From Leucoraja ocellata (Eukaryota), in assembly GCA_036785375.1 (NCBI GenBank), contig JAWMAR010000245.1, positions 1,488,001 through 1,552,000 on the forward strand: a DNA stretch of 64,000 nucleotides, read 5' to 3'. The position numbers and the translations under genes are program-made. This document shows positions 35,229 to 47,159 of this stretch, piece by piece. A model generated the notes under the pieces. It worked only from the letters and a program-made list of their open reading frames with translations. It was not told the origin of the DNA and searched no databases. Position 1 is the stretch's first letter, and every line of letters begins with the position of its first letter.

Positions 35229-38016
35229 GGTGCAGAAACTGGGGTATTGATATTTAATTATCATTTAATAGGATCTGAAGTTAACTTGCCTGTTCCCCTT
35301 ATTTTCTGCCATGCAAGACTTTGATTAGATTAGATTAGATAGCCTTTATTGTCATTCAGACCGAAGTCTGAACGAAATTGCAGCAGTCATACATATAATA
35401 CAATAAAAACAACAATAAACACATATTAACATCCACCACAGTGAGTCCACCCAGCATCTCCTCACTGTGATGGAGGCAAAAGTCTTAGGTCTGCAGTCTC
35501 TTCCCTCCTCTTCTCCCTCTGCGCTGAGGCTGATAAGACCCACTTGGGGCATTGTGTGCAGTCCTGGCTGCCTTGCACCTGGAGGAATGCCGTTAAGTTG
35601 GAAAGGATGCAGAAAAGATTCATAAGGATATTGGTGGTTGCACCTTCTTTTCATCCGGACCCCAGTTCCTGAACCCCCCCCATTGCATGCAACATACTAT
35701 ATTATTAAAGCAAGTGAGGACCTGGCTGATTACAAAAGGCTCTGAGGCAGAGTATAAATGGAATCTGAGAGCATGGCAAGTGACTGGCGGCAAACGCAAG
35801 GGAATACAAATATATAGGAACAGAAAACGCTTGAGTGAAAATTGAAGTTGATCAGAGATTAAAAAGAAAATCTCTTCATGGAGAGATTTGTTGAGCACCA
35901 CAGTGGTGTAAGCTGTAACACCACTGCCTCACAGCACCAGAGATCCAGGTTTGATACTGACCTTGGATGCTGTTTACGTGGAGTTTGCATGTTTTCCCCA
36001 CGACTGCGCAGGTTAGCCCATGGTTCTCTGGTTCACCCACACATCCCAAAGGTGATTGTGAGTATTGCTAAGCAATTTGGACTTGGTACATTGGCCCTCG
36101 CATGTAGGTGAATAGTAGAATCTAAGGAGAGTTGTTGAAAATATGGAGAGAATTTTTTTTAAATCCCACCTTTTGAATTATTATTAAATAAATGGGCCTT
36201 TGCTAAAATTCCAGTCAGTATTTCCGATTTGTATTGAAAGACTTCCCAGATCCATTTATGGATGTTTCAAGACTCTACATCCCCCCCCCTCCCCCGTAAT
36301 AGATCTGCTGTAGATTTTCAAATTTGAAGTCCAAAGAGAATAGTTTGCTGCCATAGACAATAGGTGCGGGAGTAGGCCATTCGGCCCTTCGAGCCAGCAC
36401 CGCCATTCAATGTGATCAAGGCTGATCATCCACAATCAGTTCATGCCTTGAAAGCATCCAGAGAACCTGCCTCCACCGCCCTTTAAGTGAGAGAATTCCA
36501 CAGACTCACCACTCCCCGTGAGAAAAAGTGTTTCCTCGTCTCCATTCTAAATGGCTTACTCCTTATTCTTAAACTGTGGCCCCTGGTTCTGGACTACCCC
36601 AACATCGGGAGCCATGAGGCTTTGTTTAGTTTAGAGATGCAGTGCGGAACCAGGCCCTTCAGCCCACAGAGTCCGCTTTGACCAGCGATCCCCGCACACT
36701 AACACTATCCTACACACTGGGGACAATTTACATTAATACCAAGCCACTTAACCTACAAACCTGTATGTCTTTGTAGTGTGGGAGGACGTACAAACTCTGT
36801 ACAGACAAGTTAGGGTGAACAGGGTCTCGGGCAGCAGCTACTACACCATGCCACCCGCAGAGGTGTTCAGGACTGAATAATTAAAGGAAAACCACAAATT
36901 TTTTATCCAATCGCTTATATTCTGCATGGCTATTAGTCATAAGGGACGTTGGAAAGCAAGTAAAGACAAATCACACAAAATAATTTACTGTAATAAATGT
37001 CACTGCAATAAAAATGTCACTGGTTATAAATAGCAGGCCCTCATTTAAGTACCCTCGAACTACATCTAATAAAGAGCAGATCACAAAACGAGCAGGGCTC
37101 ACACTGACGCAGCAGGTAAGAGCTGCTGACTTGCAACATAGAAATTAGGTGCAGGAGTAGGCCATTCGGCCCTTCGAGCCTGCACCGCCATTCAATATGA
37201 TCGTGGCTGATCATCCAACTCAGTATCCTGTACCTGCCTTCTCTCCATACCCCCTGATCCCTTTTGCCACAAGGGCCACATCTAACTCCCTCTTAAATAT
37301 AGCCAATGAACTGTGGCCTCAACTACCTTCTGTGGCAGAGAACTCCAGAGATTCACCACTCTCTGTGTGAAAATTTTTTTTCTCATCTCGGTCCTAAAAG
37401 ATTTCCCCCTTATCCTTAATCTGTGACCCCTTGTTCTGGAACATCCGAGATCCGGGTTCAATCCTGAGCTCCGGTGCTGTCTGGAGTTTATACGTTCTCT
37501 CTGTGACCGCATGGATTTCCACCGGGTGCTCTGGCTTCCTCACACATCCCAAAGGCATGTGGGTTTGTAGTAAAGTGTAGGCCTCTGTAAATTGCCCCTA
37601 GTGTGTAGGGAGTGGATGAGAAAGGATTACAAAAGAACTTGTGTGAATGGGTGATCAAAGGACGGTGAAGACTCAGGTGGGCCACAGGGCCTGTTTCTCT
37701 CAATCAATTAATCATTTTTGCTAATTAATCCATTTGTCAAATGATCCGTTTACTTGCTGTTTGTATTCCCTCTTCCTAGGTGGCAGCCTTGCCCAGATTC
37801 TGACATCTTCCAGGATAGGTGTAAATGGTGTAACATTTTACATTTTCCACCCTACAGAATTAATTTTAGACTGAAGATGTACAGATGTGATAAACTTGAA
37901 ATAAAATAATCCGCTGGTCCGACAGCAGCCACGAAGAGGTAATTACAAGTCAGTTAGTTTAATGTCAGTAGTGGAAAATTATTGCAAGAAAAATCAGCGA
38001 GGCTGCAAATAATGCC

Positions 38017-38265
38017 CCCGGGGCATGAACATCGAATTCTCCCAATTCTGTTAGTCCTTGCTGTCTCCTCCCCTTCCTCAGCTCCCCTGCTGTCTCCTCC
38101 CACCCTCCAGCCTTCTGGCTACTCCTCCTTTTCCCTTTCTTGTCCCCACCCACCCCCACCCCCGATCAGTCTGAAGAAGGGTTTCGGCCCGAAACGTTGC
38201 CTATTTCCTTCGCTCCATAGATGCTGCTGCACCCGCTGAGTTTCTCCAGCTTTTCTGTGTAACCT
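38017..38265 (+). mobile_element. Penelope-like element 3' end, younger subfamily, with hammerhead motif
   Basis: ORF end GMNIEFS, pyrimidine-rich UTR, CTGAAGA-AGGGTTTCGGCCC-GAAA-CGTT (38171-38198), then terminal repeat. Confidence 0.75.
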
Positions 38266-38446
38266 GCAAATAATCTATATGGAAAGAGGGATTGGTGAGG
38301 AATAGGAAACGTGCACTTGTTTTGGAGATCCTGCCTGACTAATTAAGTTTTTTTGAAGATAGACAAAAATGCTGAAGAAACTCAGCGGGTGAGGCAGCAT
38401 CTATGGAGCGAAGGAATAGGTGACATTTCGGGTTGTGTCCTGCGCA

Positions 38447-39100
38447 TAATAATAATAATTTTATTTATAGAGCACTTTAAAAACAAACATAGCTGCAACA
38501 AGGTGCTGTACATCACTAATCATTGACAAAAAAGTTAATACACACCAAAAATAACAATCAAAAGAAATAGTAGGAAAAGACATGTAAAATAAAGAAACAT
38601 CAAAAAAACACCACAAACAGAAGCAAAGCCTCAGGCATAGTCAAAAGCCAGGGAGTACAAATGTGTTTTAACACTGGATTTGAAGATGGACAGTGAGGGG
38701 GCCTGTCTGATGTGCAACAGCAGGGTGTTCCAGAGTGCCGGAGCAGCAACAGAGAAAGCTCTATCCCCTCTGAGCCTCCGACTAGACCTCGGTACCTCTA
38801 GGAGCAGCTGACCAGCTGGCCTGAGGGACCGGGCAGGAGCGTATGGGTGGAGCAGCTCAGAGAGGTAAGGCGGGGCGAGCCCATTCAGAGATTTAAAAAC
38901 AAATAACAGTATCTTAAAATGAACCCGAAAGTGCACCGGGAGCCAGTGGAGGGAGGCCAGAATTGGCGATATGTGCTCCCTCTTTCGAGTCCCTGTTAAA
39001 AGGCGACCAGCAGCATTCTGAACCAACTGGAGACGAGCCAGTGAAGAACGAGCAACACCAAAATAGAGCGCGTTACAGTAATCCAGCCTAGATGTAATAA
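38447..39100 (-). mobile_element. L2-clade LINE 3' end
   Basis: VQNAAGRLLTGTRKREHISPILASLHWLPV...GLAPPYLSELL...GDRAFSVAAPALWN; 3'UTR and (TTA)n tail. Confidence 0.9.
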
Positions 39101-39836
39101 GAAGTTATGAATTGGATCATTCTCACAGATATCTCTGCAATCAGCTGTGGAGATGGGAAAGGCCAGTCTTTGATCAACTCACTGGAAGGGCAAGCTGGTG
39201 GAGCTCGCTGGCTGGGGGCACTGGCTGGTGGAATGGTCGGCGGGCACTGGTAGAGGGCCGTGACATTGCCTATTTCCTACAGGGTTTCGGCCCGAAACGT
39301 TGGCTATTTCCTTCGCTCCATAGATGCTGCTGCACCTGCTGAGTTTCTCTATGGAGCGAAGGAAATAGGCAACGTTTCGGGCCGAAACCCTTACGGGTTT
39401 CAGCCCGAAACGTTGCCTATTTCCTTCAGGGTTTCAGCCTGAAACGTTGCCTATTTCCTTTGCTCCATAGATGCTGCTGCACCTGCTGAGTTTCTCCAGC
39501 ATTTTTGTCTACCTAAGCTTTAAGACTTGATCCCTTGACTGGTTTTTAAGATGGTGGTCACCAAGTGCAGGTTGGAAGGGTCGAGTCTGAAGAAGGGTCG
39601 CGACCTGAAATCTCCCTTCCCTCCGCAGATGCTGCCTGACCCGATGAGTTCCTCCAGCCCCTTGTGTCTTTGCGAGGGGAAACCTTTGCTCTCTCTCCTA
39701 TTCTCTGTGGCTTGCAAGGTTATGTTCAGGGACAGGCTAGCCGATACCAATCACACGTTGGAACAGTGGGAGGGGCGGCAGGGATCACAGTGAGGGGGGG
39801 TACGGGACAGGAACGTGGCTGTAGTAATGAGTGGGT

Positions 39837-40080
39837 AATTGTTCTTTTATTTTCTTCTGACAGATGCCAATTTGCACCTTGGCTGCCTTGTTGGGGTAGA
39901 GCTGCACAAGCTTCTGGAAGTTGGCTTTTGCCAGTTCATAATCATTCATGGCAAGTCTCGCCTCACCCATTCTGAAAAGAGCCTTCTCATTGTTTGCATC
40001 CAGCTCTAACGCTTGAAATAAAAGAATCGTATATTCATTTTAGGAATCATCTTACTGCCTGCTATCCTATCATCTATCTG
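39837..40080 (-). pseudogene. FKBP4: Inverted partial duplicate of FKBP4 intron 8 end plus exon 9 (pseudo-exon)
   Basis: Reverse complement of 30449-30695. The exon part (40012-39837) is 175/176 identical. The acceptor CAG is changed to CAA at 40013 and the copy is truncated before the donor. Confidence 0.95.
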
Positions 40081-40468
40081 ATAGACAATAGGTGCAGGAG
40101 TAGGCCATTCGGCCCTTCGAGCAAGCACCGCCATTCAATGTGACCATGGCTGATCATCCCCAATCAGTACCCCGTTCCTGCCTTCTCCCCATATCCCCTG
40201 ACTGCTATTTTTAAGAGCCCCATCTAGCTCTCTTGAAAGCATCCAGAGAACCTGCCTCCACCGCCCTCTGAGGCAGAGAATTCCACAGACTCACTACTCT
40301 CTGTGAGAAAAAGTGTTTCCTCATCTCCATTCTAAATGCCTTACTCCTTATTCTTAAACTGTGGCCCCTGGTTCTGGACTCCCCCAACATCGGGAACATG
40401 TTTCCTGCCTCTAGCGTGTCCAAGCCCTTAACAATCTTATATGTTTCAATGAGATTCCCTCTCATCCT
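40081..40468 (-). mobile_element. CR1 LINE 3' end fused to the inverted FKBP4 exon copy
   Basis: [21 protein letters not shown] motif; tail abuts the duplicated unique sequence at 40080. Confidence 0.9.
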
Positions 40469-41713
40469 TTTAAATCCCTCTCAATATCACACTCTGTAAG
40501 TATTAGCTTATTACTCTGCTACCTTCCCACACAGATGGGGAAAAACAAGATGGGCAGCACACTTTGGGGGCCTAAGAGACCTGCCCCATGGTACAAACCT
40601 GTACCATAGAGGAGAAGAAGGGTTTCGACCCGAAACGTTGCCTAGTTCCTTCGCTCCATAGATGCATTTTTGTCTACCCTCGATTTTCCAGCATCTGCAG
40701 TTCCTTCTTAACCACGGTTCAAACTGCATCAGTTCAGTTATTTTGCTTTTTGAAAGAAAAGGTTGGGTTGTGTTAGATGAGAAAGCTGATCTATTTGATA
40801 GGGAAAGAATGAGTAGATATCGCGGTTGATAACTTTGACGCCTTGTGTTCAGGTAATTCGAAGACACGCTTTTGAATACGAGAAGGAAAGCATCCAAAGT
40901 AACTCTGATTAATTGAATTCTTCCTCCTGAAAGGATGGCGTGCATCTACACGCTCCCAGCCCGGTTATTTTGTCTGACTGCACTGAAGTAGTGCTTCAAG
41001 TGTGTTTACGTCCCAGGGTGAACAAAGCCTAAGATGATCACTGCTCGAGCTGGCCCGGTGTCAACAATGCAGATAGCTTATCGGGCCAGCACATCAATGC
41101 TGGACCACCAGCGCGGGCGGGCCCCTGTACATGTAAGAGCAGGTCAGAGCTGCTTCTCTCCCAGGGACAACCAGAACGAATTTACACCCCAGACAACGGA
41201 AATACATGAAGCAAAGTGAGACCACTCTCACAGAGAGTGGTGAGTCTGGATTCTCACAGAGAGTGGTGAGTCTGTGGAATTCTCTGCCTCAGAGGGCGGT
41301 GGAGGCCTGTTCTCCGGATGCTTTCAAGAGAGAGCTAGATAGGGCTCTTAAAAATAGGGGATATGGGGAGAAGGCAGGAACGGGGTATTGATTGGGGATG
41401 ATCAGCCATGATCACATTGAATGGCGGTGCTGGCTCGAAGGGCCGAATGGCCTACTCCTGCACCTATTGGCTGTTGTCTATAAAGTGAGGCAGAGTGGTG
41501 CAGCAAAGCCGGAGGGCCGGGTTCGATCCTGACCTCAGGTGCGGAGTTTGTACCTTCTCCCTGTGACCACGTGGGTTTCCCCCGGGTGCTCTGGTTTTCC
41601 CCCACGTCCCCAAAGACATGCGGGTTTATAGGTTAACGGGCCCTCTGTAATCTGCTGCCCCTAGTGTGCAGGGAATGGACAAGGAAGTTGGATAATGGAA
41701 CTAATAAAGTTCC

Positions 41714-42225
41714 ACGCTGCACCATCGAGAGCATCCTTGCCAACTGTATCACAGTATGGAACGGCAACTGCTCTGTCTCCGACCGGAAAACTCTGCAGAG
41801 GGCGGTGAAAACTGCCCAACGCATCACCGGTTCCTCACTCCCCTCCATTGAGTCTGTCCAAAGCAAGCGTTGTCTGCGGAGGGCGCTCAGCATCGCCAAG
41901 GACTGCTCTCACCCCAACCACGGACTGTTTACCCTCCTACCATCCGGGGGGCGCTACAGGTCCCTCTGTTGCCGGACCAGCAGGTCCAGGAACAGCTTCT
42001 TCCCGGCGGCTGTCACTCTACTTAACAATGTACATCAGTGACTGCCAATCACCCCCCCCCCGAACTCTCCTCCCACAGGAAAAAAGAAGTCTACAACTAT
42101 GCATGTAAACAGATTTATTTATTGAAATCATATTCTATGTCGCTCTTCCAGGGAGATGCTAACTGCATTTCGTTGTCTCTGTACTGTACATTGACAATGA
42201 CAATTAAAGTTGAATCTGAATCTAA
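41714..42225 (+). mobile_element. Rex1/Babar LINE 3' end
   Basis: RCTIESILANCITVW.GNCS..DRK.LQR.VKTAQRITG..LPSI...HP.HGLFTLLPSG.RYRS; (GAATCT)n tail. Confidence 0.9.
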
Positions 42226-42696
42226 TGTGAGTGGGACATCGGGTTCGTTTCCACACTGAAGGCGAGCACAGCCAGTAGGGCAACAGAATCCATCAAGTCC
42301 AGTGAAAGTATGGATGAAGGGTTCAGCGTCACAAGGGGAGAGAACGAGATGGGGACTCTTTGCAAGATGCCAACTGACTTGGATAACAACACTTTAGCTT
42401 GCAGCTATGCAATTAAATGGCAGTAAAAGAAAAGCATTCTTCAATTGAATTTCTAGAGAAGTAGTTTTGACATATTGAGCACCACTTTCAAGATGAAATA
42501 TTTGATTCTGCTGCATTTAACAGATTATTCTATTATCAATAGTCGTTTAATATGAATCCTTCAGATAAGCAGTAAACGCAATGAATTACAGATGCTGGTT
42601 TACAAAAATAGAAAGACGCAAATTGCTGGAGTAACTCAGAAGGTCAGGCAGCATCTCTGGGGAACATGTTTTGAATCTGAAGAAGGGTTCCGACTC

Positions 42697-42950
42697 GAAA
42701 CGTCACCTCTCCACAGATGCTGCCTGACCCGCTGAGTTACTCCAGCACTCTGTGAAACGTCACTTATCCATGTTCTCCACAGATGCTGCCTGACCCGCTG
42801 AGTTACTCCAGCACTCTGTGAAACGTCACCTATCCACGTTCTCCACAGATGCTGCCTGACCCGCTGAGTTACTCCAGCACTCTGTGAAACGTCACCTATC
42901 CACGTTCTCCACAGATGCTGCCTGACCCGCTGAGTTACTCCAGCATTTTG
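42697..42950. repeat. About four copies of the same 66-bp unit (opposite orientation), preceded by a hammerhead core
   Basis: Repeated GAAACGTCACCTATCCA.GTTCTCCACAGATGCTGCCTGACCCGCTGAGTTACTCCAGCACTCTGT. Confidence 0.9.
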
Positions 42951-45218
42951 TGTCATTCCTTCAGATAAACAGGTTGACAACTATCAAAGAATAATAATTT
43001 TGGTCTCTGATGTTGTCTGATATATTGACCATATTTTGATATCACCCCGTGAGCCATTGTTATCTATTCCTCTGCATCTTTAATGTCCACACTCACTCAT
43101 TTTCCCTCTCACTGGCGTACCTGAGCGTTTGATCGCACTGGGCCTGCACTCACTGGAGTTCAAGAATGAGGGGGGGACCTCATTGAAACGTACCAAATAG
43201 TGAAAGGCTTGGATAGAGTGGATAGAGATAGAATTCCATTCTGATTGTAGTTTGTTTGGTTGTTTGTTTGTTTGTCTTTTTGCACAAAGTCCACGAGCAT
43301 TGCCACTTTTCATTTCACTGCACATCTCGTATGTGTATGTGACGAATAAACTTGACTTGACTTGATGTGGAGAGGATGCTTCCACTAGTGGGAGAGTCTA
43401 GGACCAGAGGGCACAGCCTCAGAATTAAAGGATGTTCCTTTAGGAAGGAGATGAGGAGAAATGTCTTTACTCAGAGGGTGGTGAATCTGTGGAATTCTTT
43501 GTCACAGAAGGCTGTGGAGGCCAAGTCAGTGGATGTTTTTACGGCAGAGAAAGATAGATTCTTGATTAGTGTGGGTGTCAGGGGTTATGGGGAGAAGGCA
43601 GGAGAATGGGGTTAGGAGGGAGAGATAGATCAGCCGAGATTGAATGGCACAGTCGAATTGATGGGCTGAATGGCCTAATTCTGCTCCTATAATTGATCAC
43701 CCTATGACATGCAGAGAAAGACTACAAAGTTTGTTTTGCCTGTGTGTGAAGCAACTAAAACGTGCAGCCAGTGAGGGAGATTTGGCTGCAACATCTTCAC
43801 AAAAGTACTGTAATTTGGACAATGTTTGTTTTGGCTAATTATGGAGAATACTTTTACTGTTTACAGTTTCCAGTGAGCATTTTCGTGACTTCAAGTAAAA
43901 GTTTTCACTCAGGCGGCATCTGCTCAGTGAATACAGCAATCACCCCTATGCTAGAACCACACATATGAGATTAGAGATAGAACAAGCAACAGATCGTATC
44001 TTTGGCTTTCAGCACACCGTCTGATGACTCCCAGAGTGCACCCATTAGCTAAATGCCACTGTTATTGCATAGTAATCGCTGGAATTTAGAAGTATGAGGG
44101 AGGGGGGTGGGGACCTCCTTGAAACTTACCAAATAGTGAAAGGCCTGGATAGAGTGAATGTGGAGAGGATGTTTCCACTAGTGGGAGAGTCTAGAGTCTA
44201 GGACCAGAGGCCACATCCTCAGAATTAAAGGACGTTCCTTTATGAAGGAGATTGGACACGCTAGAGGCAGGAAGGTTTGGACACGCTAGAGGCAGGAAAC
44301 ATGTTGGGGGAGTCCAGAACCAGGGGCCACAGTTTAAGAATAAGGAGTAAGCCATTTAGAACGGAGACGAGGAAACACTTTTGAGTGAGTCTGTGGAATT
44401 CTCTGCCTCAGAGGGCGGTGGAGGCAGGTTCTCTGGATGCTTTCAAGAGAGAGCTAGATATATCGGAGTCAGGGGATATAGGGAGAAGGCAGGAACGGGG
44501 TACTGATTTGGGATGATCAGCCGTGATCACATTGAATGGCGGTGCTGGCTCGAAGGGCCAAATGGCCTACTCCTGCACCTATTGTCTATTGTCACTCTGC
44601 AGTCTCCTTTGTTTCTGGGTGTTTGGGTTGCTGACCCAGGCTGTGATGCAACCAGTCAGCAGGCTCTTTAACGTACACCTCTGGAAGTTTGGACTGGCTT
44701 GTGAATTTGTACATGTACAAGCCTAATTCAAGAAACCCAAACTGAAATGAATATATGTTTTAAAATAATGGTTTCATGTGGCATAGTGATCAAAGAGAAA
44801 ATAATCAACGGCTCCACAACCATAGGGATGTTGTCCGGAAACTGGGAAAAATGTACAAGTTCATGAATGTACTGGCAACATGTGTAGGAAGGAACTGCAG
44901 ACGCTGACTTGCACCAAAGATAGACACAAATTGCTGGAGTAACTCAGCGGGACAGGCAGCATCTCTGGAGAGAAGGAGTGGGTGACTTTTCGGGACGTGA
45001 CCCTTCTTCAGTCCGATAGTCAGGGGAAAGGGAGACTTGAGATATGGAAGGAAAACCGCGTGAAAATGCCAGATCAAAGCAGACGATGAGCAAGGTTACT
45101 GGCTTCCAATCCGACCCCTTCCTTCCTCCAGAGCCAGTGCTAATCCTGATCCCAATGTTCTCACCTGGTGTCGTTTGGAACAAAGACTTGCTTGGACAAT
45201 CTGAGGTGGGCTGTGTAG

Positions 45219-45942
45219 AGTGAATGGTATGTTAGCATTCATAGCAAAAGGATTTGAGTATAAGAGCAGGGAGGTTCTACTGCAGTTGTACAGGGTCTTG
45301 GTGAGACCACACCTGGAGTATTGCGTACAGTTTTGGTCTCCTAATCTGAGAAAAGACATTCTTGCCGTAGAGGGAGTGCAGAGGCGGTTCACCAGGTACA
45401 CAAAAAAGCTGGAGAAACTCAGCGGGTGCAGCAGCATCTAAATGTTCACCAGAAGGTTCACCAGACTGATTCCTGGGATGTCAGGACTTTCATATGAAGA
45501 AAGACTGGATAGACTCGGCTTGTACTCGCTAGAATTTAGAAGATTGAGGGGGGATCTTATAGAAACTTACAACATTCTTAAGGGGTTGGACAGGCTAGAT
45601 GCAGGAAGATTGCTCCCGATGTTGGGGAAGTCCAGAACAAGGGGGTCACAGTTTACGGATAAGGGGGAAATCTTTTAGGACCGAGATGAGAAAATCATTT
45701 TTCACACAGAGAGTGGTGAATCTGTGGAATTCTCTGCCACAGAAGGTAGTTGAGGCCAGTTCATTGGCTATATTTAAGAGGGAGTTAGATGTGGCCCTTG
45801 TGGCTAAAGGGATCAGGGGGTATGGAGAGAAGGCAGGTACAGGATACTGAGTTGGATGATCAGCCATGATCATATTGAATGGTGGTGCAGGCTCGAAGGG
45901 CCGAATGGCCTACTCCTGCACCTATTGTCTATGTTTCTATGT
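45219..45942 (+). mobile_element. CR1 LINE 3' end interrupted by a short Penelope-terminus insertion (about 45396-45452)
   Basis: [19 protein letters not shown]...; GTTCACCAG repeated around the insert. Confidence 0.9.
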
Positions 45943-46607
45943 TGAGCAGATGCAGAGATTACTTCTGTACATATGACAAAATCACACTTCATTCTCTCAA
46001 CATATGACAGTCCCGCCATCCCAGGAATTAACCTTCTGTGATGCTCCTTAGAAATACACTGTCTTGAATGTTCAATTTAGTTTAGTTTGGAGATACAGCA
46101 CAGAAACAGGCCCTTCGGCCCATCGACCAGCGATCCCCACACACTAACACTATCCTACACACACTAGGGGGACAATTTACATTTGTACCAAGCCAATTAA
46201 TCTGCACACCTGTACGATTTTGGAGTGTGGGAGGAAACCGAAGATCTCGGAGAAAACCCGCGCAGGTCACGGGGAGACGGTACAGACAGCACCCGTAGCC
46301 AGGATCGAACCTGCGTCTCTGGTGCTGTAAGGCAGCAACTCTACCACTAGGCCACCATTCCGCCCATGCTAATTTGGCAAGCATTAATAGTGTACAATAA
46401 AACTTGCATTAACATGGAAAGCCAACCACATCTTTTATTTGTCAGTGTAAAAGAAAGTTCCAAATAGAAGTCTGGGCGGCAGAATTTGTTCAGGCAAATC
46501 GTTATCTTTGGATTGACTGAGCGGTCGAGTGATACGGCACGGAAACAGGCCCTTCGGCCCAACTCGTCCATGATGCCCCATCGAAGCTGGTCCCACTTGC
46601 CCGCACG

Positions 46608-47159
46608 TTAGTTGCTGAGCTCACCAAGTTCACTGAAGGGTGAAGGAGATTTGGACTCTCCGTCACTGCTGCCTCCTCTCCTGGGCGGAGGGCACATAAC
46701 CTCGTGGAACTCGGCAGCCCTTGATGCTAAAGGCCCCCTCTCCTTGGCCCGTGACGGGTTCAGTAGCTCCTGAAGGTGCTTGATGTAGCTGATCGCCGCC
46801 CTCAAGGTCTCCACTTTGCTGAGTCTTTTGTCGGCAAAACCCTCGGGCAGGTGCTCCCTGAGGCGTGCGTAGCCCTCGTTGACGTAGCGCACCCTCTGCC
46901 TCTCCCTCTCGTTGCGTTTCCTGATGAAAGCGGGCTCAAAGGAATAGTCATAGACGCCCAGGTGACTGTGCAACGGCAGGTAGGACATCCTGCTGGCATA
47001 GGCTTCATGCAACGTACTGTCCAAGTAGGCTGCTTCGACGGGAAATGTCAATGGCAAACCCTCGGAGAAAGGCACCCCAAAGTAGTCATGTACCCTGGCC
47101 AAAGACATCCCCATGGGTCCTGGGTAAGGGATTACTCCTTCTTGCTGATTATTATCCAT
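46608..47159 (-). CDS. ASCL4: Achaete-scute family bHLH transcription factor, ASCL3/4/5 class, most likely ASCL4 (183 aa)
   Basis: [31 protein letters not shown]...[24 protein letters not shown] bHLH domain; single coding exon; head-to-head with PRDM4, as ASCL4 is in human. Confidence 0.9.
   Translation of the reverse strand: MDNNQQEGVIPYPGPMGMSLARVHDYFGVPFSEGLPLTFPVEAAYLDSTLHEAYASRMSYLPLHSHLGVYDYSFEPAFIRKRNERERQRVRYVNEGYARLREHLPEGFADKRLSKVETLRAAISYIKHLQELLNPSRAKERGPLASRAAEFHEVMCPPPRRGGSSDGESKSPSPFSELGELSN

Noticed and set aside
39785-39970. Second FKBP4 paralogue
   Set aside because: It is a single truncated exon with a mutated acceptor and no other exons on that strand; treated as a pseudo-exon.
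41075-41090. miR-21-like sequence (TAGCTTATC)
   Set aside because: Only 9 nt match, and the hairpin is too short for a pre-miRNA.
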